DNA from: a virus
Lineage: Duplodnaviria; Caudoviricetes
Length of the DNA stretch: 64,000 bases
Virus record (IMG/VR): IMGVR_UViG_3300011862_000001
Coordinates: 1 to 64,000 of that record
Reading direction: 5' to 3' (one strand)
Shown here: one piece after another, positions 37,172 to 48,201 of the stretch
Layout: the number at the start of each line of letters is the position of its first letter
Position numbering within the stretch: the first letter of the stretch is position 1
Notes under the pieces: generated by a model
What the model saw: the letters and a program-made list of their open reading frames with translations, nothing else
Told to the model about the DNA's origin: nothing
Databases searched by the model: none
Position numbers and translations under genes: made by a program

Positions 37172-39229
37172 TCAGTTCTCCCGACGATAGACTTTGATTG
37201 TGGTGTTCACCTGAGTGAGCAGCACACCGCCGTACGCGAGCAGATCCAGCGTTACTGAATAGCCATTCGCCACGTCTTCTGCGGTGAAGTACGCGTTCGG
37301 AGTAATGTCCGCGATACCATCCAGGCGACCGTTCAGGCGCTCGATGATGCGGCTATTAATCTCTTTGGCGATTTCATCACGAGTCAGACGTGATTCACCT
37401 GACATATCCGCCCACACACGGTCAGAGACACGGTAGGCATACGTCATGATGAAGTTGAACAGCGCGTTATTCAGCACTGAACGTTCTTCGTCGTAGATTG
37501 ACTGAATCGCCGGAATGAACAGGCGATAGTAGTCGTAGGAGCGGGCGGTAATCAGTGACACATCCCAGTCGGATGCATACACGTCATTGCCTTTCCACGG
37601 CATACTCAAATCAGTCAGGTCGCTAATAACGGTCAGTTCACCACGGCTAAAGCGGTGAGCTGGGTCGGCACGGCCTTCGGAAGCACCCAGATATTTGGAG
37701 AACATGTTCGCCAGGGTGTAGTTCATCGGCACCGGCTTCTTGTAAGAAGAGTTGCGGATGAGTGCAGTCTGACCGGTGACGATACCACGCGCAGACGGAG
37801 TGCCGTATTTGGCAGACTCAGGCACGGAGGTAATCAGTTCGATCAGCGCGACTTTGGCGCTTTCTTCGGTCTGGAGGTCATTACGCCCCTGATCGTAGAC
37901 ATGCGTACACAAAGCCAGGAAGGTGTTGCGCGATTTGCCAATGAAGTTCACACAGGCAGCTTTGGTGTCGAAACTGAAACCGGAGTCCCAGAAACAACCC
38001 AGCGAATATTTCAGCTCGTTATCGTAGCTGACTTTTCCACCATCCGGGAACATGAGCATTTCACGGCGTACGAGTTCGTCGTAGGCATCGTTACCCATGG
38101 TACCGTCACTACCGCCTTGCAGATAGTGAATGTTGGTGGCAGAGAACACGGTTTTACCCGTTTCGGTAACCGGGTTCAACTGGAAACCGTCGTACGGCTG
38201 GCCAATCAAATCCATCCCACCGAACAGGTCGATGAGGTACGGATCGCTTGGTGCTGCACTCGGGTTAGCGGCGCTTACCGCAGCGTGAGCCAGGTCCAGC
38301 ACGGCTTTCAGCTCTTCGTGGTAAACGTGGAACGCTTCAAACGGTCCGTAGTGTGGCAGCTCACCCACATCCGGCGTCGTCTTACGATACGCCTCAGGAA
38401 TGACCACATCCACATCGAGTTGCGTTCTCATCGGCTGATAGTATGCATCGGGCTTAAAGCTGAAGTTGATGCTGGAGACGCTGGTCAGCGTTTTCCATAC
38501 TACCGGAGAGGTTACACCGGCCAGGGTTTCAAACCATTGCATGGTGTAGACGCGCGCACCGACCGTCTGCTGATAAGCAGCCGACAGAGACGGGGAGGAT
38601 TTCTCGTTCAGTGGAACCAGTTTAAAACCAAAGCCATTGCAGTCATCACCGGCGTACGGTGCTTTGAAATCGAACAGCGGGTACATCTTCGACTTCGCGC
38701 TGGTAGTGGCATTGGTCAGCGTGCCATCAATGATTTCCGCAGCGCCAAAAGCGGCGTCGTTGGCATTGATTTTCAGGCTACGCAGAACGACCAGAATCCC
38801 GTCTGCTTGGGAAGCAACTTTCGCTTTCCCGGCACCATCGTACTGCACCTTACCATTGATGCGTTCGTAGACCGGCACTTTCGTGGCCAGCACGTCGGCA
38901 TACAGACGGTAGGTTGCAATCGCGGCATCATCAGGTACGAGACGCTGGTACATACACTCGTTGCCGTTCGCATTGAACATCGCCTGGTAAGGCGTGTTGA
39001 ACGTTGCGTACGGACCACGGAGATCGAACACGTTGCGGCCGAGCAGATCGAGTGCGTTATTCCCGTACAACGGGAATGCCTCGTTATCTACCCCGCGCGC
39101 GGCAAAGGTGAAGATCAGCGGCTTGTGAATCGGGTCACCCGTAGGTGTCCGCACAAGCTCGGGGACAGAATTGTCCAGCATCCCTTCCTTGTTATTCAAC
39201 GGCATGCCGTTACGTGAAATATAGGTCAT
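37172..39229 (-). CDS. tail sheath protein (phiKZ gp29-like)
   Basis: 685 aa; LQGGSDG, WDSGF and QSIY...SVL; position near the terminase. Confidence 0.85.
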   Translation of the reverse strand: MTYISRNGMPLNNKEGMLDNSVPELVRTPTGDPIHKPLIFTFAARGVDNEAFPLYGNNALDLLGRNVFDLRGPYATFNTPYQAMFNANGNECMYQRLVPDDAAIATYRLYADVLATKVPVYERINGKVQYDGAGKAKVASQADGILVVLRSLKINANDAAFGAAEIIDGTLTNATTSAKSKMYPLFDFKAPYAGDDCNGFGFKLVPLNEKSSPSLSAAYQQTVGARVYTMQWFETLAGVTSPVVWKTLTSVSSINFSFKPDAYYQPMRTQLDVDVVIPEAYRKTTPDVGELPHYGPFEAFHVYHEELKAVLDLAHAAVSAANPSAAPSDPYLIDLFGGMDLIGQPYDGFQLNPVTETGKTVFSATNIHYLQGGSDGTMGNDAYDELVRREMLMFPDGGKVSYDNELKYSLGCFWDSGFSFDTKAACVNFIGKSRNTFLALCTHVYDQGRNDLQTEESAKVALIELITSVPESAKYGTPSARGIVTGQTALIRNSSYKKPVPMNYTLANMFSKYLGASEGRADPAHRFSRGELTVISDLTDLSMPWKGNDVYASDWDVSLITARSYDYYRLFIPAIQSIYDEERSVLNNALFNFIMTYAYRVSDRVWADMSGESRLTRDEIAKEINSRIIERLNGRLDGIADITPNAYFTAEDVANGYSVTLDLLAYGGVLLTQVNTTIKVYRREN

Positions 39230-39268
39230 GGAACATCTCCATAAATTCGTCTTTTAAGACCAGTTGGT

Positions 39269-39275
39269 CATACTA
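39269..39275 (-). promoter_or_regulatory. putative late promoter (TATG) for the tail sheath operon
   Basis: TAGTATG on the minus strand ~40 nt upstream of the sheath start; phiKZ late promoters contain TATG. Confidence 0.5.
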
Positions 39276-39287
39276 AGGTAGCATCTC

Positions 39288-40196
39288 ATGGCACTCGAAA
39301 ACGCATATACAGGCAATATTTTCCGCAGCTTCGACCTGGTTAGCCTCGCAGCCAGCCTGGAGTTAGCACGGAAACTCAATCAAACTGTCGCTCAGTCTGA
39401 CGAAGTACATTACGTCGTTGAGACTGCCGATGTGAAACCATTTCCTTTACCGATTGTTATCGGTGACGACGTGTATGTCGATGCACGTACGTTTACCACG
39501 CTGGATCGTACCGGCGAGCTAAAAATTCGTAACCCGATCGAGCACGCACTGCGGCTCGACCAGGCACGTTGGGAATTGGTGTGGAAACGGAATAACGGGA
39601 AGCATGGTTCCTTAATGGCGCAACTTCCCTACCATCATGAGATATTCAGTAAGTGGGTGGGTGATGCCATCACTCACGCTTATGCACTCACTCCATATCA
39701 AAGTGGGCAAATTCGTGCAGCAGCCGCTTTGTTCTCCGTCGGCCAGTTTTATAATAACTTCGAAGACGAAGTGAAGATGCTGCGTTTGCAGCAAGAACTG
39801 TCCCGCCAACTCGGCTACCCGATGCAGATGTTCGAAGCCGTAACCGGTCACACCGACTTCCTCTACCCGCGCAATATCGAAGAATTTGTGGCGATGCTTC
39901 AGGCGGCCGACATTACGCCGCGTCTGCGCGACATCAGTGTACTGGCCCTGCAACAGTTGCTGAACAGCTCCTTCTTTGGCATCAGCTACGACAAGCAGTT
40001 GTGCACCAGCGCCCTGGAATACCCGCCATCGTTGTTTGTGATGATTGCTGCATCACTCGACAACAACATGTTTAACCGCTCGCGTTTGGGTGGCACGGTG
40101 AAGAAATCAGATACGGCGAAACGAAAAGACAAATTCGAGTTCACCTACAACTTGATCCTTAACCAAAACACCAAGCCGCCGAAAGTAAAAGGCTAA
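39288..40196 (+). CDS. virion structural protein
   Basis: 302-aa ORF divergent from the sheath gene, in the conserved block preceding terL. Confidence 0.7.
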   Translation: MALENAYTGNIFRSFDLVSLAASLELARKLNQTVAQSDEVHYVVETADVKPFPLPIVIGDDVYVDARTFTTLDRTGELKIRNPIEHALRLDQARWELVWKRNNGKHGSLMAQLPYHHEIFSKWVGDAITHAYALTPYQSGQIRAAAALFSVGQFYNNFEDEVKMLRLQQELSRQLGYPMQMFEAVTGHTDFLYPRNIEEFVAMLQAADITPRLRDISVLALQQLLNSSFFGISYDKQLCTSALEYPPSLFVMIAASLDNNMFNRSRLGGTVKKSDTAKRKDKFEFTYNLILNQNTKPPKVKG

Positions 40197-40206
40197 GAGG
40201 CACGCT

Positions 40207-42717
40207 ATGGAAAACTGGCTGGTTGCTCACGCGTTGCAAAATGCGTGGCAGCGTCCAAGTAATGACGGGGTGTTGAACATCGCCCCGAATCGTATCTCGC
40301 CGCCGAACGGGGCCATTGGCTTCGTTCGTGATGGGCGCGCAACCATCCCCCTGCCTGGCGAAGGGTGGTGGCACATTTACACGGTGGATAAACTTCACCC
40401 CTACCTGGGTAATCTGGCCCTGCCTGCCGAGCGGTGGAAAAAGCTTTCCGCGTGCGTTAACGCCATGAGCACGTTTATGCTGCTGTATAACGACCGGGGT
40501 CTTACGGTACCGTTATCCAAAGCGCGTATCATCAAACGCTCCGGTGGTCAGCTGTTACTGGCGCTACCGCAGTCTGACCGCTACAGCTGGCTTGACACCG
40601 AAACGTTGTACTGGCGCATCTATGCCGGTTACGACGGTGGGGTTTACAGTGGGGTAATACTGCCGACGTTCGTGGAGTTTTGGGAAACCCCGAACGGAAC
40701 CCAGATTCAACGCTCACTGGAACGCTATCGGGCATTGGTTGCCGCCAAACAAGGTTACGTGACCTACTGGAAAAACGGGGTGCTATTAGAAAACCCGGTG
40801 TCCACCGATATTGCGGTGTGGGATGACGTGGAGATTCATGTCGATGGTCGCGTGAAGCGCGTCGTGGATTTTCGCTGTGGCGATTTACCCACGTTCCAGT
40901 CGGCACTTGATGACACCCGTAAGTACCTGCTGCATTTACCGAAGGGCAGCGATGTCTGGACCTTTAACCACGACGTGGAAATCCAGGTGTTGCGTAACCG
41001 GGATGGTCGCTACTACCATCGTCACCGTCATCAGGCGTTGCGTCAACTGACGTTTAACGACTTCAGTATTCCCACGGCACGCATTCGCGAAATGCGCCAG
41101 TCGTTTACTAACCTCACCGACATCGATGACCTGACGATTCGTCTGGTGATTCGTGATGACTACCTGCGTTTACCGGCGCTCTATAACTCAAGCCACATTC
41201 ACGACCTGTACAAGTTGAGCGATGATTTAATCATCAACGCCATCGTCGGGGTGAATGCCACTGTACCTGAGTGGGGAGCCAAGGAGTTAGAGCAGTCATC
41301 GGTCAACCGCTTGGCAGCAGCCAAGATGGCCAACATTACTAAGGAGCTGTGTACCAATGCATACGGTTACAATGCGGTCAGTCGCTACGCGGCGGATACC
41401 CCGCAAGCCTTGGTGTTCGATAACGGTAAATACCGCTGTCAATTGCCACCCTTGTTAGCCGCGCGCTGCGTGGTCTACGAGTACGACGGTAACGGGATGT
41501 TGCTGGGGCATTACTCACACAGCGGTACCGTGGAGTACGTGGCCCGCTCTTCGCAAGCCCGCCTAGTTGAGGCGATTGCCGGTGATGCTGCTGATGCCTT
41601 GAATATCGTTGATAACGCCCCGGACTTTACCGTCCCGGATGGGATTAATGTAGGACTGTGGATTCGCAAGGTCGTCAGTGGGCTTGGCACCAACGAGTAT
41701 GCCCTCGCGGTTGAAGGCACCGATTACACCCGCATCGATAACCAGATTACCTGGACCGTTGACCGTACCCGTCGCTGGCCGACCGTGGTCTACGATGACG
41801 TGCATCTGTTCTTTGAGCAGACAGTTAATGTCACCGATGGCCATATCCGCATTCCGATTTTGGGACGCAGTGCGACGGAGAGTGTGCGTACGCTGTGGAT
41901 GGAAATGGAAACCGTGGAAGTGTGGTTGAACGACCATCCGTTGGTCTACGGTATTGACTACGTCGTCAACTGGCCAGAAATTATGGTAGTGGCGAAGGTG
42001 TGGATTTCCGATGGTGGTACCAACAAAGTCTCGGTACGGGCACGCGGGGGCAGTGGTAAACTGCGTCCACCGAAAACCGGGTTTGTGGCAGCCGGACTGT
42101 TTTCCAACAACGACAGCTTTGACGTGCGTGACGACAAAGTGATTCGTGTGGTGGCAGGCGGTGGGTTATTGCTGCGCGGTGATGTGGTCTTTCGTGAAGA
42201 CAGCAGTGTGGGAACCAGTGTGGTGCCTGACGGCTATCCGTATTCGATTGATGACCCGACTATTCCGTTGCGTACGTTGGTAAGTGGTGACACCTACGAC
42301 CTGCGTGACCGTTCGCGGGATATCGATGGGCGCAGTGAGGAATACCTCAGTACCTTCCTACCGACACCTTCCCCGGTTGACCCGGTGCCACTGAAAGGCT
42401 GGTATCATTTGTTTAGTCCGTTGCTGAATAAGCTGCTGTGGGACTACAAAACCAAAAAACTGGTGCTGACCGAAGACGACCCGACTTACCGTATCTCGAC
42501 TGCCCAGTTGGATACGATATTCGAACGTTATCGGGACTTACTGGCGTTTGACCCGGCACACATCGGCTACAACAAAGCCTTTGTGCGTCTGCATCCGCAC
42601 GCCCAATACCAGATTATCGAAGTTGATGAGCTCGGCTTTGCGTTCTTAGACCGGGTGAATGCCCGCTACCTGAACGGTGAAGTTCAGCTTAACCAGTATC
42701 TGAAAATCAAAGGCTAA
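40207..42717 (+). CDS. virion structural protein (baseplate/tail, putative)
   Basis: 836-aa beta-rich ORF in the conserved block. Confidence 0.7.
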   Translation: MENWLVAHALQNAWQRPSNDGVLNIAPNRISPPNGAIGFVRDGRATIPLPGEGWWHIYTVDKLHPYLGNLALPAERWKKLSACVNAMSTFMLLYNDRGLTVPLSKARIIKRSGGQLLLALPQSDRYSWLDTETLYWRIYAGYDGGVYSGVILPTFVEFWETPNGTQIQRSLERYRALVAAKQGYVTYWKNGVLLENPVSTDIAVWDDVEIHVDGRVKRVVDFRCGDLPTFQSALDDTRKYLLHLPKGSDVWTFNHDVEIQVLRNRDGRYYHRHRHQALRQLTFNDFSIPTARIREMRQSFTNLTDIDDLTIRLVIRDDYLRLPALYNSSHIHDLYKLSDDLIINAIVGVNATVPEWGAKELEQSSVNRLAAAKMANITKELCTNAYGYNAVSRYAADTPQALVFDNGKYRCQLPPLLAARCVVYEYDGNGMLLGHYSHSGTVEYVARSSQARLVEAIAGDAADALNIVDNAPDFTVPDGINVGLWIRKVVSGLGTNEYALAVEGTDYTRIDNQITWTVDRTRRWPTVVYDDVHLFFEQTVNVTDGHIRIPILGRSATESVRTLWMEMETVEVWLNDHPLVYGIDYVVNWPEIMVVAKVWISDGGTNKVSVRARGGSGKLRPPKTGFVAAGLFSNNDSFDVRDDKVIRVVAGGGLLLRGDVVFREDSSVGTSVVPDGYPYSIDDPTIPLRTLVSGDTYDLRDRSRDIDGRSEEYLSTFLPTPSPVDPVPLKGWYHLFSPLLNKLLWDYKTKKLVLTEDDPTYRISTAQLDTIFERYRDLLAFDPAHIGYNKAFVRLHPHAQYQIIEVDELGFAFLDRVNARYLNGEVQLNQYLKIKG

Positions 42718-42720
42718 CAC

Positions 42721-44364
42721 ATGACGACTCTATCGACCGATATTATCGATCCGGATCGCGGATGGCGTCACTGGGGGGCAGGTGAACTGTACTCCAAGGA
42801 CAAAATCACGGGCTTTGTGCCCAACCCAAAAGACTGGATTACCGACGAAGACACCGACCTGTTGTATAAAGTGTTAACGGTGAACTACGCGATACCGTCT
42901 TGGACCACCAAAGTCATTAACGGTATCCCGGCGGCGAATGCCGATAAGATTCTCGGTGGCCATTATCCGCTGCGTTCTGACAAGTTCCGCATTTACGTGG
43001 ACTCGACCAAGAACCCAGCGACCATGGTGTTGGATAACAACCTCACCTGGAACGGTCCGGACGTGGATGCGATTCGTATCTTCCGGGGTACGGATATCTC
43101 TGACACCGGTGAGATTCTCTCAGGCTATTACCGTAACGGTAAGCTTGATAAGAACTACCTGCCGATGCAGACCATCTCCAAAGACGGTGTGGATACCGTG
43201 GTGAAAACGGCACTGCCTGGTTGTGCGCTAGCTCCGGTGAAACACGGCGAGGAGTTCTCCTTTGTCGTGTATGCCGATGATGGCAGTGTCATCCAGATGG
43301 GGACCGGTTACTTTATCCTCACTAACCTCGTGATGTCCCAAGAGACGCCGTCACGTCAGGTGGTGGATATCCGCTTGGAATCGCCGTTCATCGTCGATGA
43401 CAACGGCACGGTACTAACCCTGCCGGTGAATATCCCGCTGGACTCCATTCCGTTAAAAGCGGTGGTGCGTTACAGCGATGGCGAGAAGGTGTTGCCGATT
43501 GACGGTGCACGCGTCAAGCTTAACGGCTTACGTAACGCCGGTGCTCACGACACGTATTACATCGCCTCGAACTCCGGTAACGAGTTGCCGCTGGTATTAA
43601 GCTATATGCTGGCCAAAGGCGAAACCTTCGTGGGGCCGAACATCAACGACGGTATGGTCTGGAAAGATTACACCGCTGTGACTGAAGCGGTCGACGGCGC
43701 GTACTCGATGAAACTGTTTGTGGTACCGAAGTGGCTTGATGCGACACGCGGTTATCGTTTACAGTTCTTCTTGTACAACTTAACGCGTGGTTTGGTGTAC
43801 GATGCAACGGCTGCGGTCGCCTTTACCACCGGTACCGCATTTGACCCGCTGTTAATGGGTGTCAAACAACGCCTGAACGTGCAGTGCGACATCAGTCGGG
43901 TGAACCCAGCGTACCGGGCGTTTATCCAGTCACAATCGTTTGCGATTACGCTGGTAAACCCGGGCAACGAGCTCAACACCAACTACCTGCTGGAGTATCT
44001 GCCAGAAGGGCTGAAATACGGCGAGAACGTGTGGGCCGAGTTTAAATACTCGAACGTCAACTACTCGGAATTGAACGTAGCCGTTAAAGCTACTAACAAA
44101 GCCCAGTGGCTGGCCACCCTGTACGACCCGATTTATCCGCTGTACGACCGGCGTAACGAAATGGGCCCGCTGGAACCGACCCACTTCGAAATCCACGTAG
44201 GGGGTAACGTTTATACCTACCCGGTTGATGACTGGATGACCAAGAAGGTTATCGACTATCGTGTGGCGTTAAACGATGTTCTGGTTATACGCTGGATTCG
44301 TCGTACCCCGACGAACGACCTGCAACTGGGTTGCTCCCCGTTGTTGGCGCACAGCATCACCTAA
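42721..44364 (+). CDS. virion structural protein
   Basis: 547-aa beta-rich ORF upstream of terL. Confidence 0.7.
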   Translation: MTTLSTDIIDPDRGWRHWGAGELYSKDKITGFVPNPKDWITDEDTDLLYKVLTVNYAIPSWTTKVINGIPAANADKILGGHYPLRSDKFRIYVDSTKNPATMVLDNNLTWNGPDVDAIRIFRGTDISDTGEILSGYYRNGKLDKNYLPMQTISKDGVDTVVKTALPGCALAPVKHGEEFSFVVYADDGSVIQMGTGYFILTNLVMSQETPSRQVVDIRLESPFIVDDNGTVLTLPVNIPLDSIPLKAVVRYSDGEKVLPIDGARVKLNGLRNAGAHDTYYIASNSGNELPLVLSYMLAKGETFVGPNINDGMVWKDYTAVTEAVDGAYSMKLFVVPKWLDATRGYRLQFFLYNLTRGLVYDATAAVAFTTGTAFDPLLMGVKQRLNVQCDISRVNPAYRAFIQSQSFAITLVNPGNELNTNYLLEYLPEGLKYGENVWAEFKYSNVNYSELNVAVKATNKAQWLATLYDPIYPLYDRRNEMGPLEPTHFEIHVGGNVYTYPVDDWMTKKVIDYRVALNDVLVIRWIRRTPTNDLQLGCSPLLAHSIT

Positions 44365-44406
44365 ATGCACTCCTCCTCCCCGCAAGGGGAGGAGTGAGGA
44401 GGTTTT

Positions 44407-46518
44407 ATGATATTGCGTGAATCCGACTGGGGCTACTACCCTGGTGCGATTGTGGACGATACCACAACCAACAAACACTTTGTTCGTTTTGCTGATACCC
44501 TGCGAAAACTCGGGGTGCGACACTGGTATTTGGTGCTCGCCCTGCATAACCCGGAATTGCGTGGTGTTAACCCGCACAGCCCCGACCTCACCATTCAGCA
44601 ACAAGGGATGATTATCGAGGAGTGTGCAGAAAACCCGTGGTATTACTTGCGTGAATGCGTCAAGGTTCCCTCGGATGGTACCGATGGGATGCCTTTTAAA
44701 ATCGACCGCGGTAACTTCGCGATGTTCTGGATTTTCTTTAACAACATCGACTCCGGGATTGAGTTCCTTCGCCAGCACGGTAAGACCGTCGGGATGTGTT
44801 CCCTGATGAGTTGGCTGCTGCGCTTTTTAGAGAAGTCTCGTACCATCCTTATCACCAAAGGGCCGGTACTGCGTGAAGAAACCATCACCAAACTCAAAGA
44901 GATTCGCAACGCCTTACCGAAATACCTGTGGCCTATCCACCCTGATGACCCGGACAACAAAGAAGCCTTTGCCTGTATGGCGATGGGCAACAAACTGATT
45001 ACCGCGATTGGTCAGAACGACGAGCAATCCGCAAACGGTGTGGGTCGTGGCTTAACTGCCGGTCGTCTGTTCTCGGATGAAGGCCCCTTTACCAACAACA
45101 TTCACATCATCTTACCGGCCGCGCTGGCATCCGGTACGGCGGCTCGCCAGATTAACGAAGACAACGGGGTGCCATACGGGAACGTGTTTGCCACAACGCC
45201 TGGGGACTTAGCCACCCCGGAAGGCAAATACATGTACGAGCTGATGAATTCAGGCATTATCTGGGATGAGCGACTGATTGACGTGCCGACACGTAAACAG
45301 TTGATTGACATCATTAAGAAGAACTCGATGCGCCCGAAGATGCCGCGTATCATGTTCTACGTCAAGTTCAACCACCGACAGCTCGGTACCAGTGATGAAA
45401 AGCTCGCCGCGATGATTGCGAACGCCACCGGTAGTCCGGATCAGATTCGTCGTGACTTCGGGGGTGAGTGGACCACCGGGGGCTTTAACAAGCCGTTCTC
45501 CGGGGAAGACGCCGAGCGTATGAACAAGTCGCGTATGCGCGCCGTGTTCAAAGACATTAGCTCCTCGAACTACATCACCGATTGGTATTACAAAGAAGAG
45601 GACATGGTTATCAAACTCCAGGACCGCCACATCATCGGTCTGGATACCTCTGAAGCCGTGGGCCGTGATGCCATCGCGATGTCGATTGTTAACTCAGTGA
45701 CTGCCGAGTATGCCGGTAAGTTGACCATCAACGAAACCAACGTCATCGGCTTTGCGATTCACTTAGCGGAGTTCATGGTCACCTACCCTAACACGGTATT
45801 GATTCTCGAACGCCGCTCCACCGGTTCCTCGGTGGCTGACGCCATTATCCTTCAACTGCAATCGAAGGTGCCGGATTTGCACCGTCGGCTGTATGTGAAG
45901 ATAACGCAAGACTACGGCCGTAATGACGAGCTGTATAAAGAATACGCACGCGGACCCGGGAATCGTCCTGAGCTGTTTTGGGACAAGTTCCGTAAATACA
46001 TTGGTTTTGCTACCGACGGAGAGAAACGTAAGAAATTATATGGTGAGGTATTCACCATGGCCCTGCGACTTTCGGCTCACCTGTTACGTAGTGGTGAATT
46101 GATTGACCAAATCCTCAGTCTGGTAGAACGTAACGGTCGTATTGACCACCAACGCTCCGGCCACGATGACTTGGTTATCTCTTGGCTACTGGCAATGTGG
46201 TTATTGATTTTTGGTAAGAACTTAAACCATTACGGAATAAGCAATAATCGCCTGATGATTCGTAACCGGAACATGTTATCGGGAACGAAATCTGACAAGG
46301 ATGAAGATGCCCAGGTTGAGCAAGAGGAGCGCCAACAGCAACTGATGGGAGAAATCGAGCGAGTGATGAAGGAAGGGGCGGGTGTGAGTTGTCCTATCCG
46401 TCAGATGTCCATTCGTGCTCGACTACAATCCCTTATCGATCAACTAGAAACAGACGTGAGAAACGTCGCGTCGATGGAGAGCTTGAAAGAGCTTATCCAA
46501 CGCCAGAGGATGAAGTGA
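44407..46518 (+). CDS. terL: terminase large subunit
   Basis: RQHGKT Walker A, GRG, LFSDE Walker B, TTPG, IGLDTS and HDDLVIS nuclease motifs. Confidence 0.92.
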   Translation: MILRESDWGYYPGAIVDDTTTNKHFVRFADTLRKLGVRHWYLVLALHNPELRGVNPHSPDLTIQQQGMIIEECAENPWYYLRECVKVPSDGTDGMPFKIDRGNFAMFWIFFNNIDSGIEFLRQHGKTVGMCSLMSWLLRFLEKSRTILITKGPVLREETITKLKEIRNALPKYLWPIHPDDPDNKEAFACMAMGNKLITAIGQNDEQSANGVGRGLTAGRLFSDEGPFTNNIHIILPAALASGTAARQINEDNGVPYGNVFATTPGDLATPEGKYMYELMNSGIIWDERLIDVPTRKQLIDIIKKNSMRPKMPRIMFYVKFNHRQLGTSDEKLAAMIANATGSPDQIRRDFGGEWTTGGFNKPFSGEDAERMNKSRMRAVFKDISSSNYITDWYYKEEDMVIKLQDRHIIGLDTSEAVGRDAIAMSIVNSVTAEYAGKLTINETNVIGFAIHLAEFMVTYPNTVLILERRSTGSSVADAIILQLQSKVPDLHRRLYVKITQDYGRNDELYKEYARGPGNRPELFWDKFRKYIGFATDGEKRKKLYGEVFTMALRLSAHLLRSGELIDQILSLVERNGRIDHQRSGHDDLVISWLLAMWLLIFGKNLNHYGISNNRLMIRNRNMLSGTKSDKDEDAQVEQEERQQQLMGEIERVMKEGAGVSCPIRQMSIRARLQSLIDQLETDVRNVASMESLKELIQRQRMK

Positions 46519-46745
46519 TGACTCAACTTTATTACCTTGCTATTGCGTTAACCTGGATAACCCTACTGATGTGCGTCAGACACACGTATGGGGTTGTTGT
46601 GGAATACGCGTATCAAAATAACATCGGCCGGATGGCCACTTTGCGTTCCCTTGCTTTTGTGGTTAGTGTGGGGGTATTGTTTGGTGGGGCCGCAACCTAC
46701 GGGATGAATTACGTATATACATTACATACGTTGGCGATGTTGTAA
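46518..46745 (+). CDS. small membrane protein (two predicted TM helices)
   Basis: ATG overlaps the terL stop; two hydrophobic stretches. Confidence 0.65.
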   Translation: MTQLYYLAIALTWITLLMCVRHTYGVVVEYAYQNNIGRMATLRSLAFVVSVGVLFGGAATYGMNYVYTLHTLAML

Positions 46746-46755
46746 GGTTACTGGC

Positions 46756-46810
46756 AAAAAAGAAAGACTGAGGTACCTACCCGCTATGGGGTAGGTACCT
46801 TTTATTTTTT
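46756..46810. terminator. bidirectional terminator
   Basis: AGGTACCTACCC...GGGTAGGTACCT with A and T runs. Confidence 0.85.
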
Positions 46811-48173
46811 AACTCGCAATCGCACGAATCAAGAAATAAAGCAGCAGCGCATTACGCACCGCCGCCAGGGCAGCGCCGTTGGTTAAGTGGGTTTGCTTTT
46901 TCACCAGCTTCTCAATGCGCTCACGTAACGATAAGACATATTCGTTGGTGGTCTTAGAAGACTGGTACAACGCCCGCATCCGGTTTAACAAAAACGCCAC
47001 GTCTTTAAAGTTGATACGGTTTGAGACAATCAAATCAAAGGCATGTGCCAAAGCATCCGCCATGATTTGTTCCACCTCGTTACGCTTAGGGCCTAACGGT
47101 TGTGAGGCGATATACAGCAGCACCGTCTTCATCGCCACCGGCGAGGCTTTAGGTACCATCTCAAGGGCTACCCGCGCTAACTCGTCTTTGTAGAAGTTGT
47201 TGATGTCCCAGGAAGCATCGAACAGCGTCTGCTTGGCGGTATTGAGTGCCGTCACCTTATCACGGATAATGGTTTCGCCGTCAAGGTCAATCTTCGAGGA
47301 CTGCGACACCACACGACTGTTCTCCCGACGTACCCGGTCAAGCACCGCGTAGTAGTCCTTCACGGTTTGCTTGGTACGGGTGTTGAGGTCAGTGATAAAG
47401 CGAATCAACAGGTCGGGCGTGTTAAACGCTTTCACTTCGTTGTAGTGCGGTGACTCACGCGAGACGAAATACTCGGCACGCTCGGTGACGTGTTGGCCCC
47501 AGTTACCCATGCGGCGAATATCAAACTTCAGTGACAGTTGGGAGTAGGCCGCTTCAGCAGCGGGCATGTCCACGGGCTTTGGAAAGAAGTGGTAGTAGAT
47601 ACTCGAGTAGAACTTGAACTGCAACAGCTTGACGATATCGACAGCGGCGTTATACAGGTCCTTATCGCTGAACTTCGGAATCAAGCGATGCACCAGGTAA
47701 GTCACGGCCAGGTTAAAGGTATCGCCAGCAACCGCCCATTCGCCGTTGATGGTTTTGGTCTGGTCGATAGTCGCCTGAAGGTAATCCTCGTCGACCTCTA
47801 ATACCTGGTCAAACAGTTTGTTACGGTCGGAGTCAAAAAAGCGGATGGTGTGCACACCCAACAGATTCGAGCCAAACCACTCGACGTTACCCTCACGGCC
47901 AAACACCCCCGAGACGTATAAACGAATACGGGTGGCTAAGCGTTTGTCAAACTGGACATTTTTGAAAGCATCATCAAACGCTTTACGCAGGGCATCGGTT
48001 TTCATCGCCTCGGTAGCGACCAGTTGGCGCAAGGGCAGATAGCCGCCCAAGCTGTAATCGTAATACAGTCCGTCCAGGTCATCATCGTCGTTATTCCGAC
48101 GGGCTTCATGGGCAACGGACAGGCCAGGGTCGACGTATATCCCCCGTTGGAAATCGTAGACTAACTCAGACAT
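46809..48173 (-). CDS. probable head protein with protease-cleaved propeptide
   Basis: 454 aa; N-terminal VAHE-A and VATE-A sites. Confidence 0.7.
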   Translation of the reverse strand: MSELVYDFQRGIYVDPGLSVAHEARRNNDDDDLDGLYYDYSLGGYLPLRQLVATEAMKTDALRKAFDDAFKNVQFDKRLATRIRLYVSGVFGREGNVEWFGSNLLGVHTIRFFDSDRNKLFDQVLEVDEDYLQATIDQTKTINGEWAVAGDTFNLAVTYLVHRLIPKFSDKDLYNAAVDIVKLLQFKFYSSIYYHFFPKPVDMPAAEAAYSQLSLKFDIRRMGNWGQHVTERAEYFVSRESPHYNEVKAFNTPDLLIRFITDLNTRTKQTVKDYYAVLDRVRRENSRVVSQSSKIDLDGETIIRDKVTALNTAKQTLFDASWDINNFYKDELARVALEMVPKASPVAMKTVLLYIASQPLGPKRNEVEQIMADALAHAFDLIVSNRINFKDVAFLLNRMRALYQSSKTTNEYVLSLRERIEKLVKKQTHLTNGAALAAVRNALLLYFLIRAIAS

Positions 48174-48201
48174 GGTATATAACCTCTAAAAAATTACGGA
48201 T

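Noticed and set aside
37655-39217. 520-aa ORF antisense to the tail sheath gene
   Set aside because: Shadow frame produced by the strong codon bias of a highly expressed gene; no SD or recognisable motifs
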